From IMG/VR virus record IMGVR_UViG_3300051213_000576, positions 1 through 32,513 of that record: a stretch of DNA of 32,513 nt; one strand, written 5' to 3'. The position numbers were made by a program, and so were the translations under genes. Of the stretch, positions 22,821 through 32,386 are shown piece by piece (position 1 is the stretch's first letter; the number at the start of each line of letters is the position of its first letter). A model generated the notes under the pieces. That model was given only the letters and a program-made list of their open reading frames with translations, made no database searches and had not been told where the DNA came from. Source of the DNA: a virus. Its lineage: Duplodnaviria; Caudoviricetes.

Positions 22821-23548
22821 AGAATGCCCATTGGTGAAATCCAGTTCATCCCTTCCTTGATCACATGCCACGCCTGCCACTTGCCTGTCTTGTCGCTGAT
22901 CAATCCATAAAGCCAGCCGTTGCGCCATGCGAGCTTGGCGGGTGTCCTGTCTGCGTAGGACAGCGCGTTGATGTTTGCCAGGCATCCGACGCTGAAGGCT
23001 GATTCTCCGTCGATGTGTCTCAAGACATGAGTGTCTGGGCGGTGAGTGTGTCCGTGAAGACATGGCCCCCAGTTTTCCGCATGGCTCTTTGCCGGGTACA
23101 TCGTCGCACGAAAGCCATGGATCAATTTTGGTCCGCCCTCGGGCATCCGCAGGAACTTGCCGACATGATACGGCACCCATGCGATCTTGCGCTTTTTGAA
23201 CTCCTCCTCCGAGGCTTCAGCGAGTTTCGCGCAATGCTCACGCAGCATGCCATCGGCGCATTTGGTCGAGTGCATCCAGATCCGATCGTCATGGTTGCCG
23301 AGCGTGAGAAAGTTCGGGCGGTAGGCGTCGAGAAATTCCAATCCGGCTTGGTAGTCCTCCGAGATGCCGTCGGCTTTCTCTTCGGGTGAGGCGCCGCGCC
23401 TGAGTGGTGAGAAGTCCCACAAGTCGCCGAGGTGGATGCGGTGGTGCGGTTTCCAATCATCGGCGAACGCGAGAAACTTGCGCATCGCTTCGGCACTTAC
23501 TAGTCCGCCGTGATTGTCGGCGGCGACTATGAACTTTTTGTAGGCCAT
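22817..23548 (-). CDS. Calcineurin-like metallophosphoesterase
   Basis: DNH, GDLWD, GNHD, HG and GHTH metal-binding motifs. Confidence 0.9.
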   Translation of the reverse strand: MAYKKFIVAADNHGGLVSAEAMRKFLAFADDWKPHHRIHLGDLWDFSPLRRGASPEEKADGISEDYQAGLEFLDAYRPNFLTLGNHDDRIWMHSTKCADGMLREHCAKLAEASEEEFKKRKIAWVPYHVGKFLRMPEGGPKLIHGFRATMYPAKSHAENWGPCLHGHTHRPDTHVLRHIDGESAFSVGCLANINALSYADRTPAKLAWRNGWLYGLISDKTGKWQAWHVIKEGMNWISPMGIL

Positions 23549-23549
23549 G

Positions 23550-23837
23550 CTATTTCTTGCGCTTGGTGGTGAGGGCGTCGTAGCTCGGCCAGAATATCGT
23601 ATCCATCGCTCGGACGATCGCTTCCTCGGGGAGTTTCTCGATGTAGGCGATGCCGGAGAGTGAGAGCGCAGCGTGAAGCATTTCGTGGCGGAGTGTGAGG
23701 CGCATCACCTCGGGCGGTCCGGGGCGGATGGTGATGCGGAGAGCGTCGGGATCGTAGTTGCCGAAGTCTGCGATGGAGTCGTCGATGACGATCTCAATCG
23801 AGTGGCCTGCCATGCGGATGCTTTTGGGCAGCGTCAT
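23550..23837 (-). CDS. Small HExxH zincin-like protein
   Basis: TLRHEMLHAAL...EEAIV. Confidence 0.75.
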   Translation of the reverse strand: MTLPKSIRMAGHSIEIVIDDSIADFGNYDPDALRITIRPGPPEVMRLTLRHEMLHAALSLSGIAYIEKLPEEAIVRAMDTIFWPSYDALTTKRKK

Positions 23838-23853
23838 TCGATAAAGGGTTCCG

Positions 23854-23860
23854 CGTCAAA
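23854..23860 (-). promoter_or_regulatory. TTTGACG variant of late-gene motif
   Basis: 16 nt before ATG 23837; contains the endolysin stop codon. Confidence 0.45.
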
Positions 23861-24419
23861 CGATCGGGCCATCGCAGAGGATGTAGTCGAAGCCCTTTTG
23901 ATTCGCTTTCTTCATCTCGCTGCGGGTGAGCAGATAGAATGCGTTCCATTGATCCGGCGGGATCGTCTGGCATCCGAGTGAGCTGGTTGTAGTGTGGCCG
24001 CCGCGATGGATGTTGATCGCTACACCTTGCTTGATCCCTTCCTGGCCGTCGCGCATGACCGGCAGAACTTCGCCTTTAGTGTTCGGGCGGAAGGCAGGAT
24101 AGCCGCCGCCTGGCTTCGAGATGCCGTGGTTGCCGGGTTTGTATGGGTGAACGCCGGAGATCAGCGATGCGACGCCAGGACGATAGCGGCTCGGGTCGGT
24201 GTTGGCGTTGAAGGCGGCAAAGGTTTCGGGGCCGACCACGAAGATCGCGTCATCGTAAATCCCACGATCGTTCTTGCCCTTTACCCCCATCGTGTCGCGG
24301 TAGTAGCCACGGATGCCGACCACGAACATCGGCGGTAGCAGCTCATCGGGGTAGGCGCGAACCCACACTTTGACCGCTGCGGCCATGACCGCAAACTGAG
24401 ATGCTCGCGGCTTGTTCAT
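23856..24419 (-). CDS. Putative endolysin with YkuD/L,D-transpeptidase-type catalytic motif
   Basis: INIHRGG...SSLGCQTI His/Cys motif; follows the membrane-protein genes. Confidence 0.7.
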   Translation of the reverse strand: MNKPRASQFAVMAAAVKVWVRAYPDELLPPMFVVGIRGYYRDTMGVKGKNDRGIYDDAIFVVGPETFAAFNANTDPSRYRPGVASLISGVHPYKPGNHGISKPGGGYPAFRPNTKGEVLPVMRDGQEGIKQGVAINIHRGGHTTTSSLGCQTIPPDQWNAFYLLTRSEMKKANQKGFDYILCDGPIV

Positions 24420-24425
24420 GGTGCT

Positions 24426-24617
24426 TTACTTCTCGGCGATGACTTCGATCGCGCGGAGGAAGGTCGGCGCGTCGACCGTGGCGTCCTTTGATCCATCCGG
24501 ATTGATGCGGATGGTGCAGCCGGTGATGAAAAACACGCATGCCCATATCGCAGCGGCGGCGAGGATTGCCCAGATGAGACTGAGCGTGTCGGTGTCTTGG
24601 TTAGGGTTAGGCGTCAT
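24426..24617 (-). CDS. Small lipoprotein (spanin-like)
   Basis: Hydrophobic segment ending in the lipobox-like ITGC. Confidence 0.6.
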   Translation of the reverse strand: MTPNPNQDTDTLSLIWAILAAAAIWACVFFITGCTIRINPDGSKDATVDAPTFLRAIEVIAEK

Positions 24618-24813
24618 CGCGGTAGACGGTTTTTTCTGAGGTGTCGATGTAGCTGCGGGCGGTGCACAATGCGGTGCCGAGCAGGCCGAGCGCGAAGCCG
24701 ATGGTTTGTTTCGCGTCGGTGAAGTCGATCGTCGCGAGTCCGGCGCTTCCAGCCGAGACGACGGCGATCAGGACATAGAGGACGAGGCGGATAGTACTTT
24801 GTGTTTCACTCAT
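24607..24813 (-). CDS. Holin-like two-TM protein
   Basis: 68 aa, two TM stretches, in the lysis cassette. Confidence 0.6.
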   Translation of the reverse strand: MSETQSTIRLVLYVLIAVVSAGSAGLATIDFTDAKQTIGFALGLLGTALCTARSYIDTSEKTVYRDDA

Positions 24814-24831
24814 GTGTTGTTGGGTTTTGGG

Positions 24832-25161
24832 TTATCGGGAAATGCGATCTTTAACCTCACGCAGGATGTCAGAATTTTGAGCGATCACTTGGTGGTTTTG
24901 CGTGGTGATCTCGACGAGTTGCTGAAACTGCTTGTCGCGCTCGATGTCGCGGGCCTCGAACTTGCTCTCGCTCTTGTCGAGTCTACCGACGAGCCAGCGC
25001 AGGGCGAAGAGCGCGGCACCAAGCGCACCGAGCGGGCCGGTGAGGATCTGCATCCACTCTGGCATCTGAAGGCTTTCTGCGGTGATCGACGCGAGCTTGC
25101 CGCCTGCCACGCCTGAGAGCATAACGGTTGCTGCTGAAAGGGTGTGGGTGGTGAGTGTCAT
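24832..25161 (-). CDS. Membrane protein with coiled-coil tail (holin/antiholin-like)
   Basis: TM segment followed by a charged helical C-terminus. Confidence 0.55.
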   Translation of the reverse strand: MTLTTHTLSAATVMLSGVAGGKLASITAESLQMPEWMQILTGPLGALGAALFALRWLVGRLDKSESKFEARDIERDKQFQQLVEITTQNHQVIAQNSDILREVKDRISR

Positions 25162-25463
25162 GCTTCGGAGATGGCGGGTGTGGGAATGAGTGGTGCGACC
25201 GCTTCGTGCGCGAGCACCTGCACGGCGGGAAATGCCGACTGATCGAGCGCGGCGAAGGTGGCGGCATAAAGGCCATTGACCTCGGTTAGCAGATCCGCGC
25301 CCACGGCAAAGCGTCCGTCGATGAGCGCGATCGCGGCGACTTGGTGCTGGTAATGCGGCTGCGCCTGCATGAGCCGCTCATTGAGCGCCGCATCAAAGAC
25401 CAACCACAGCCCGCCAAGTTCGACGAGCTCGGGTGGTGTTTGGAGTAGTTGATCGAGCGTCAT
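25158..25463 (-). CDS. Hypothetical tail-associated protein
   Basis: 101 aa; ATGA overlaps at both ends. Confidence 0.7.
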   Translation of the reverse strand: MTLDQLLQTPPELVELGGLWLVFDAALNERLMQAQPHYQHQVAAIALIDGRFAVGADLLTEVNGLYAATFAALDQSAFPAVQVLAHEAVAPLIPTPAISEA

Positions 25464-26230
25464 GCGATTGCGGTGTTGAGATCGGTCATGAGGTTGCTCA
25501 CGCGCGTTTCGAGTTTGGCGAGGTCGATCGCTTCGCCGATGGAGTAGAAGGTGAGGCGGGCATTTGCATAAAAATTGACACCGCGAAACACATCTAGTGT
25601 CTGACTGACTGGCGTGACCGATGCGGCGGTATAAGTATTGAAACCAGATGCAACCCTAGCAGAAATCGTGCTAGAATCTGATCGTGATGCCGCGATCAAA
25701 CCCGTTTGTTGTAATTGAAGACCTGTGACTGATGCTGATTGATTTAATCGGATTGTATCTCCATTTGTTGCAGTACCATCAAATATCCAAGACGCTCCTG
25801 ATGCCGATGTGAAGTTGCCAATCAATGCCGCTTGAGCTTGGACTAGGTTTGTTCTCCACACAGACAAGTGTTTGTTGTTTTGCGGATCAGCATTGTTGGC
25901 GCGGTTGGATGATAGATATTTTGTCGATCCATTGCCAATCAACCCAGTCTTTCGTACATAATCACCCGACACAAAGTTGAAGTTGGTCGGCGCAGCCCCC
26001 TTCAGCGGCACAAGCGCACCCGCGAGTGTCCGCGCACCTGCGAGGATGCAGGACGCTTTGATCGCGTCCCAGATATTGTCGTCCTTGCAGCCTTTGAAAA
26101 AGTCGTCGTAAGCCTTGCGCACGCTCGCTTCCAAGGTCTGCCCGTCGGCGGCTTCGACAGCGGCGAGGTAGTTCACCGCGTCGGCATCCATCCGCCTGCG
26201 CTGGGCTTGGATCGCGTAGAGCAGGCTCAT
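25460..26230 (-). CDS. Putative receptor-binding / lectin-like virion protein
   Basis: 256 aa from MSLLYAIQ; G/N/S/T-rich beta C-terminal region. Confidence 0.6.
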   Translation of the reverse strand: MSLLYAIQAQRRRMDADAVNYLAAVEAADGQTLEASVRKAYDDFFKGCKDDNIWDAIKASCILAGARTLAGALVPLKGAAPTNFNFVSGDYVRKTGLIGNGSTKYLSSNRANNADPQNNKHLSVWRTNLVQAQAALIGNFTSASGASWIFDGTATNGDTIRLNQSASVTGLQLQQTGLIAASRSDSSTISARVASGFNTYTAASVTPVSQTLDVFRGVNFYANARLTFYSIGEAIDLAKLETRVSNLMTDLNTAIA

Positions 26231-26234
26231 GGTG

Positions 26235-27152
26235 TCAGATAAACTCGAAGGTGTCGGTGCCGATGTTTTGAATCGCAAACTCCTCGCCCTGCTGAATGGT
26301 CGAGATTTTGTCACTCATGATCGTGATGCCGCTGTTGTTCCATGACAGCGCACCAGCGCTTGTGGTGCGGCGGAAATAGACAATCTGTCCGACTGTCCAC
26401 GCGGCGGTGGCGTGAGGTTGAATCGTGATCGCGCAGCCGCTCGCTGAGGTGAAGCGGTGTTTGATGCCTGCGCTCGATGGCGTGATTGTTTGCGTTGTGC
26501 CTGAGACGGTGGTGATCGGAATCACCGAGGTATCGCCCGCTGGTCCTGCGGGGCCGGTTGCGCCTGCGGGGCCAGTTGGACCGGTTGCTCCGGTCGGGCC
26601 AGTTGGTCCGGTGGGTCCAGCATCGCCTTGTGGGCCTTGTGGTCCAGCGGGACCGATTGGCCCTTGGGCGCCTGTCTCGCCAGTTGGGCCTTGTGGACCT
26701 TGTGGTCCTGCCGGTCCTTGTGGACCAGTTGCCCCAGTCGCGCCGGTTGCACCCGTCGCGCCCGTGTCTCCTTTCGCGGCGATCAGTTGCCAGTGGGTTG
26801 GGTCGATGTCTGGTGGTGGTTTGTCGAAATTATCATCAAGCGACTGCGTGCAATAATAAAGCTGTCCATTGTAAGTTGCTACATCACCGACAAACCAAGA
26901 GCTTAACCCATCCGAAGACCACTCACCAATGAAATTCCACAGCGCGTCCGCGCCTGCTGGACCTTCCGGCAAGACGAGGTTGAGCACCTGCGATGGTGCC
27001 GAGCCGGTGACGGTTGCCGAGGCGGTCGGGCCGCTGGTCACGCTGCCGATCGCGAGCGTGTTCGCTGGGCCGGGCAATCCCTGCAAGACTTCGACCTCGG
27101 TCACAAGTTGACCGCTGGGGAGTTGCTCGATGTCGATTTCGTTGATGGGCAT
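26235..27152 (-). CDS. Collagen-like tail fibre with carbohydrate-binding-like module
   Basis: Long G-X-Y run; [14 protein letters not shown]...HWQL resembles CBM5/12-like modules. Confidence 0.85.
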   Translation of the reverse strand: MPINEIDIEQLPSGQLVTEVEVLQGLPGPANTLAIGSVTSGPTASATVTGSAPSQVLNLVLPEGPAGADALWNFIGEWSSDGLSSWFVGDVATYNGQLYYCTQSLDDNFDKPPPDIDPTHWQLIAAKGDTGATGATGATGATGPQGPAGPQGPQGPTGETGAQGPIGPAGPQGPQGDAGPTGPTGPTGATGPTGPAGATGPAGPAGDTSVIPITTVSGTTQTITPSSAGIKHRFTSASGCAITIQPHATAAWTVGQIVYFRRTTSAGALSWNNSGITIMSDKISTIQQGEEFAIQNIGTDTFEFI

Positions 27153-27156
27153 GGCG

Positions 27157-27474
27157 TCAGCGTGGGCTGTAAGGGGTGACGGTGCGATCGATCACGACCT
27201 TGATCGTTTGACTCCATTGGTCGCGGCTTTGCGGGTTCGTGAACCGGATGTCCATGACATGCGTGCCGGGCTTGAGATCGGCGGTGTCGAAGTCGATCGA
27301 CACCTTGCCGAGGACGATCGACGGGGTGAGGTCGACCGCCGCATTGCCGCCATTGGGCATGATCGCCGCCGCGATTGACCACGCCGAATCCAGCGTGATC
27401 GCCACGCCGTCAGTCTTGGCCGTCGCGAGCAATGACAAGCGCTCGCCTTTAGAGAGTGTGATGGTGCCGGGCAT
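27157..27474 (-). CDS. Small beta-sandwich tail protein (BppU-N-like)
   Basis: [16 protein letters not shown]...SQTIKVVI...VT pattern; precedes the fibre gene. Confidence 0.55.
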   Translation of the reverse strand: MPGTITLSKGERLSLLATAKTDGVAITLDSAWSIAAAIMPNGGNAAVDLTPSIVLGKVSIDFDTADLKPGTHVMDIRFTNPQSRDQWSQTIKVVIDRTVTPYSPR

Positions 27475-27488
27475 CAATCCCAGCGGTT

Positions 27489-27495
27489 TGTCAAA
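27489..27495 (-). promoter_or_regulatory. TTTGACA late-gene motif
   Basis: 14 nt before ATG 27474. Confidence 0.65.
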
Positions 27496-27498
27496 AGC

Positions 27499-27873
27499 TC
27501 ACCACTTACCAATTGGGCATTTTTCCGATGCCATGCGGAGCTTTGCCCATGTCGAGCAGCCGCACTTGCGGCAGCGACCCGTGCCGTTGATGGCAGCGGC
27601 GTCCCACATGTCACATGACTGACATGTAGCCTCGCGCATGACGAGCGTCTCGGCATCGGTGGGCGTGAAGTTGCTGCGGACAAAGCGGGACACCGCTCCC
27701 GCCGCAGATTTGACTTGAGCTAAAAACCTCGGCATCCGCTCGGCGTGGGCTCGGGTGTTTTCTCCCGCCGCGATGCAGGCGCGGCAGTTGCCAGTATGCG
27801 GTTTGCCGCCATGGTAGCCGAGAGCGCATTGCCCATCGGTGAAGAACTCACAGAATCTCAAAGTAGCTTCCAT
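27499..27873 (-). CDS. Cys-rich metal-binding protein
   Basis: R..TC..C...RC.KCGC...K...CPIGKW C-terminal domain; start uncertain. Confidence 0.75.
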   Translation of the reverse strand: MEATLRFCEFFTDGQCALGYHGGKPHTGNCRACIAAGENTRAHAERMPRFLAQVKSAAGAVSRFVRSNFTPTDAETLVMREATCQSCDMWDAAAINGTGRCRKCGCSTWAKLRMASEKCPIGKW

Positions 27874-28387
27874 CTCCAAGTGGGGTGGAATAGACGGTGA
27901 TCGTTTTGCCGACATCCTCATAAGAGCAGTTGGTTCCATACTCAGCTATCACAAGGTTGATTGCGGTGCTCTTTGTGACGCCTTTGTATGTCACGGATAA
28001 GGTGCCGGATGTTGATGTTTCTGGATCGCACTTGTTTGTACCGCTCACATATTCTTCGCACATCTGATCGCTGTGAGCTTTGACCGAGAAGTTGACACTT
28101 GATGTCCACACTCCATCGGTTCGAGCTGCGCCGACATTGGTCTCGATGTGCTGACGGTTTGAATCTCCATCGTAAGAACCGCCTTCGCACCAGCATTGAT
28201 CTCCTCCACTGTATGAAAAAAATCCTATGGTGGGTGTGCAAATCGAGCCAGAAACTCCAGTGCCGGAAAAATCGACAAATAGCCAATCATCGCAACACTC
28301 ACAGCCGACCTTCTGCTGGCCGTTAATATCCTTGAGGATGATTTTTTTCGCACTGTACTCATCCACCTTGTACTTGATCGTGGGCAT
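27848..28387 (-). CDS. Cys-rich tail-tip protein
   Basis: 179 aa with VGCECC and further Cys residues. Confidence 0.7.
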   Translation of the reverse strand: MPTIKYKVDEYSAKKIILKDINGQQKVGCECCDDWLFVDFSGTGVSGSICTPTIGFFSYSGGDQCWCEGGSYDGDSNRQHIETNVGAARTDGVWTSSVNFSVKAHSDQMCEEYVSGTNKCDPETSTSGTLSVTYKGVTKSTAINLVIAEYGTNCSYEDVGKTITVYSTPLGDGSYFEIL

Positions 28388-28390
28388 GAA

Positions 28391-28663
28391 TCAGCAGGCT
28401 TCGGTTTCAATCCATTGCAGGCTACCACCAGAGCAACCGAGCAGAAATAAACCCTCACCAGATGGCAGCTTGGGGAGCTTCAATTTCCTGCCACTGTGCT
28501 CTCCAACGCTCACCTCTTCAATCCACCCATCCGGCGCATCGAGTGCAGCGTAAGCGAAGTTCCGATCGAGGTCAGTCGCTGAGATGCGGTAAGGGTAGCC
28601 GGTGCCGTCTACTGAGGTTGGCAGCGTGACTTTGTCTTTGAAGCTGACGGGTAGGTTGATCAT
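28391..28663 (-). CDS. Hypothetical tail protein
   Basis: 90 aa ending WIETEAC. Confidence 0.7.
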   Translation of the reverse strand: MINLPVSFKDKVTLPTSVDGTGYPYRISATDLDRNFAYAALDAPDGWIEEVSVGEHSGRKLKLPKLPSGEGLFLLGCSGGSLQWIETEAC

Positions 28664-28666
28664 GTT

Positions 28667-29263
28667 TTACATCCGCGTGATTCTGACCGTCACCTCTGAA
28701 AAATACCCGTAGTTTTGAATTTCTGGCGTGCCAGGGTAGTTTTCGAAAGTCCACCCAGACGGCATGGTTTGGTTTTCAAAATACATTGTCGGGTCTGATA
28801 GATTTGAAAAATCATTTTCAATGTCATAGCCTTGCGATGAAACAAAAACCTTTTTGACGAGTATCGGTTTTGTTCTCAGTAAATAATCAATGAGGTCTGT
28901 GCCATTCCAGAATGATTTTGAGTAAATGTAATCGGTCAAAAATGAAAAAGATCCGTCTTCACTCGTCCTGCCGTAGCCGCTTGCCTTAAACTCCGTAAAG
29001 CCATCGTTTCGTTGGATTTCCTGTACCTCTGGAAAAATCTTAAATCCATCGTAAGACGGATAACCCAACCATTCATTTGATGCGTAGCTTCCGCTTGGAA
29101 AATCGCTACCAACTGCCAGCGAAGCGCGATGCGTTGGAGCCGATGTGGTCTTACATGCGAAGGTTTGCTCGACGCGGAGGAGGCCGCTGGGAAATGTCGC
29201 TACCGTGCGCTGGCCGGTTGGGTAAAGTCCGTTCGCTGTCTTTTCGTAAATGATCGCGCTCAT
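28667..29263 (-). CDS. Distal-tail-position protein
   Basis: 198 aa immediately after the tape measure gene. Confidence 0.65.
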   Translation of the reverse strand: MSAIIYEKTANGLYPTGQRTVATFPSGLLRVEQTFACKTTSAPTHRASLAVGSDFPSGSYASNEWLGYPSYDGFKIFPEVQEIQRNDGFTEFKASGYGRTSEDGSFSFLTDYIYSKSFWNGTDLIDYLLRTKPILVKKVFVSSQGYDIENDFSNLSDPTMYFENQTMPSGWTFENYPGTPEIQNYGYFSEVTVRITRM

Positions 29264-29266
29264 GTG

Positions 29267-31864
29267 TTAATTTCCAAGTGCTGGTTGTGGGAGTTTCTTC
29301 TCGAGGCTGTATACCAAATCCTTGATAGTACTGACCGCTTTGGAGATTGTTTTGAGGATGTCCGAGCCTGTCGAACTGCTGAGGCTGAGGTCGATTTCCT
29401 TGGAAAGCTCGCTGCGGATCTTTTGGATGCTCGAGGTGGCGTCGAGGTTGGTGGTGACTTTTTGTTTTTCGAGTTTGTCTAAGTCTTTCTCGATTTTGTC
29501 GATAGACTTGTCGGCATCGAGATTGAGTGCCAGTGGGTTCTCAAAGTACTCAGGCAGTGCCTCGGAGATTTGTGAAAGCGCGTTGTCGGCTGTGAGGTTG
29601 AGTTGGTTTTCAGTCTCGCTCAAATCGCCCACGCTCTCGGAGATGTTGGTGATCGCTTTGTTGGCATCAAGCGCCACCTCGACGCTCTCATACCCAATGG
29701 CTGCGATGTTGGAGATGATTTCGCTGATGTCCTCCTTGGTTGCTTCTTTGTTGATGGATAGTTCGATCTGGCGGCCTTTGATCTCTTCCAATCGTTGAAC
29801 GATCTCATCGAAAAGCTCGCGTTGTTCTTTTCCCGCGACATCGATGCCGAGTTTTTTGGCAATGTCGGGGATGGAATACTTGCTCAAATCTTCTCCAATG
29901 AAGTCTTTCAAGGCCTTCAACTCTTCGCGGGCCTTAGTGACTTGCTCTTTGAATGTGAGCATCGGCTTGGCTGCGTCTTGAGCCGCGATCAAGTCTCCAA
30001 CCGTTTTGATCTCGTTCATGTTCTCCTTCGACTCACGGGTGTTGAGTTTGAGGTTGTCACCGGCATTCAATAGCCTTTGCTCGATGTCGCCGGATTCAAC
30101 GCTCGCATCTCCAAGATCGGTGGCGATCTGCTTGATATTCTCGGCAGGCTTGTCCGTCGAGGTCTCGAATTGTTCGCGGAACGCTTTGCCCGACGCTTCG
30201 ATCTCGCCCATCTTGTCGGTAAGGCGTTGGGCGGCTGGCTCAGCACCGAAGAAGTCGGTCGCCGATGATTCAAGGTCGCCGGTGATCTTGTCCCACTCTT
30301 GGCCGATCCGTTCGGTGCCTGCTTTATAATCCTCCGAGTATTTTTGCGCGCTTTCGCCGAGGCCGCTTGAGAGCTTGCCGAGGGTGGTTTCCACTCCATC
30401 GGTCATGACGGATTTGAAGCTGATACCGCCGTTGTCGGCGGCGTCCTTCAAACCGGAGAATAGCTTGCCGGAGATGAAAGCGATTGGATTGGTGAGAGCT
30501 TGGACAAAGTCGCTGCTGAAAAGGTTGAGGATGTTCGAGAATGTCTTGGAGAAGAAATTGCCGACCTGCTCGACCGATCCGCCGAAGTCTTGATTGAAGG
30601 CTTGCACCACTCCGAGCATCTTATCGGTCAAGACCTGCATGCCTTCCACAAATGTCAGCTTGAGCGCCGTGCCGAATTGATTGGTGAGCAATGACGGCAT
30701 CTCCGATGAGAAAAAGGTCTTGAACAAATTGAAGACATCAATCGACTTGTTGAGGAGTAGGTTGGCAAACTCCAAGGCACCCGCTTGGAGCGCGAGGCCG
30801 ATGGCATCAATCGCCGCCTGCGGTGACTTGAACGCGCCGATGAGCAGATCGGCGACTCGCATCACCACCTCGCCGAGCTTTTGCCCCCAGCCTGCGGCAT
30901 CGACACCTGCGAGCATAGCGGAGAACTTTTCCAATGCTGGGGCCGCACCTTCGAGCATGCCTGCGGCGAACTCCGTGAGTTTGCCCTTTGCGACTGAGAG
31001 GTTGTCGGAGATCGTATCGAATGCGTTTGAGGTTCGATCCATCACGCCTGGCATGCTGCCGAGTTGGCCTTGCGCGGTTTCGAGTTCTCCTGAGAAATTG
31101 CTGAGCAATGGTAGCAACTCGCCGCCGGACTTGCCGAAGATTTGCATCGCGGTCGCCGCGCGGGAGGTTGGATCTTGGATGCCGTCAATCTTCTGCGCGA
31201 AAATCTGCATTTGCTCGGTCGGGGTCTTCCCTTCGAGGTCAGCCATGGAGATGCCGAGACTTCCCATCAACTCTGCCTGTTTGCTCGAGCTGTCGCTCGC
31301 GGCGTCCATGAACTTTTGCAGCTTGTTGACCGCCGTGCCTACCTTGTCGGCTCCGACGCCGCTGTTGTCGAAGGCGCGTTGGAGGACCAGCAGGTTGCCT
31401 GCGGTCTCGCCGGTGCGGGCGCTCAGGTCATTAAGCTCACCACCCAGGTCGAGCGCTTCGCCGAAATTGTCGACTACTGCGCGAGCGGCGTCGGCTGCAA
31501 GCTCGAGCACCTTCATCCCTGCGGCGAATGCCGCGCCTGCCACACCTGCGGCGATGCCGATCTTGCCGAGACCGATGCCACCTTTTTCGCCTGCATCCTC
31601 GGCCTTGTTGCCCATGGTCTTCGCCTCGTCGCCCAGCTTGTCGATCTTGGGCGCGGTATCAGCCGCTTCACCACCCATGCCCTTGAGGCGCTTCTCAAGC
31701 GACTCGACCTGCCCGATGCGCTTCATCGTGGATTCAAGTTCCGACATCGAAAGGTCGCCGGACTTCACCTTGGTTTGAAGTTGCCCGAGTTCGGTCTGCA
31801 CCGACTTGAGCGTCTTCTCAAGACCGACATCCTCGGCTCCGAACTTTACTTTTACATCACTCAT
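29267..31864 (-). CDS. Tail tape measure protein
   Basis: 865 aa, A/G/helix-rich; LNDLSARTG and AMQIFGKSGGELLPLL motifs. Confidence 0.92.
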   Translation of the reverse strand: MSDVKVKFGAEDVGLEKTLKSVQTELGQLQTKVKSGDLSMSELESTMKRIGQVESLEKRLKGMGGEAADTAPKIDKLGDEAKTMGNKAEDAGEKGGIGLGKIGIAAGVAGAAFAAGMKVLELAADAARAVVDNFGEALDLGGELNDLSARTGETAGNLLVLQRAFDNSGVGADKVGTAVNKLQKFMDAASDSSSKQAELMGSLGISMADLEGKTPTEQMQIFAQKIDGIQDPTSRAATAMQIFGKSGGELLPLLSNFSGELETAQGQLGSMPGVMDRTSNAFDTISDNLSVAKGKLTEFAAGMLEGAAPALEKFSAMLAGVDAAGWGQKLGEVVMRVADLLIGAFKSPQAAIDAIGLALQAGALEFANLLLNKSIDVFNLFKTFFSSEMPSLLTNQFGTALKLTFVEGMQVLTDKMLGVVQAFNQDFGGSVEQVGNFFSKTFSNILNLFSSDFVQALTNPIAFISGKLFSGLKDAADNGGISFKSVMTDGVETTLGKLSSGLGESAQKYSEDYKAGTERIGQEWDKITGDLESSATDFFGAEPAAQRLTDKMGEIEASGKAFREQFETSTDKPAENIKQIATDLGDASVESGDIEQRLLNAGDNLKLNTRESKENMNEIKTVGDLIAAQDAAKPMLTFKEQVTKAREELKALKDFIGEDLSKYSIPDIAKKLGIDVAGKEQRELFDEIVQRLEEIKGRQIELSINKEATKEDISEIISNIAAIGYESVEVALDANKAITNISESVGDLSETENQLNLTADNALSQISEALPEYFENPLALNLDADKSIDKIEKDLDKLEKQKVTTNLDATSSIQKIRSELSKEIDLSLSSSTGSDILKTISKAVSTIKDLVYSLEKKLPQPALGN

Positions 31865-32386
31865 ACGGCTGATTCGGTTTCGGATTTCGTGGTGGCTGGG
31901 ATGTTAGAGCCTTTTTTGCTGGCGGCTTGGAAAACTTTCTCAAGCGACTTGATCATCCGCTCGCGGGCGATGTTCATCGCGGTCGTCTCGCTACCGTTAT
32001 CAAGCAGCTTGCGGATGTATGGTGTCGTATTGGTCATTTCGTAATACGGTTCCTGCTCGTCATTTGAGTGGTCGCGCACATTGAAATTTCCGCCCTTGTG
32101 GCGTTTGGCATAAGCTGGAATCCCGCGAGCGCCATCGCCACTGATGCCACCGATCTCACGCGCGCACTCTGCCCAGCCACCTTTGGCATAGCCAATGCGC
32201 TTTGAGACTTCGGTGATGTAGCCTTCGAGTTCGCCTGTGCTGATGTAGACTTTGCCGGGTGGCGAGTTGGTTCGACCGCTTTTTCTGTTGATGTGTTGCG
32301 TGTGCGCGCTTTTCGCTGATGAAGCACCTGCGATCTTGATGAAATCTGACTCGCTGTGGATCATGCCGATATTGACCATGATCTTA
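31861..32386 (-). CDS. 3' part of origin-spanning ~283 aa morphogenesis protein
   Basis: In frame with 326..1 across the junction; RIGYAKGGW and MTNTTPYI segments; ATGA overlap with the tape measure gene. Confidence 0.8.

Noticed and set aside
26530-26775. DNA-level tandem repeat element
   Set aside because: Explained by collagen G-X-Y coding.
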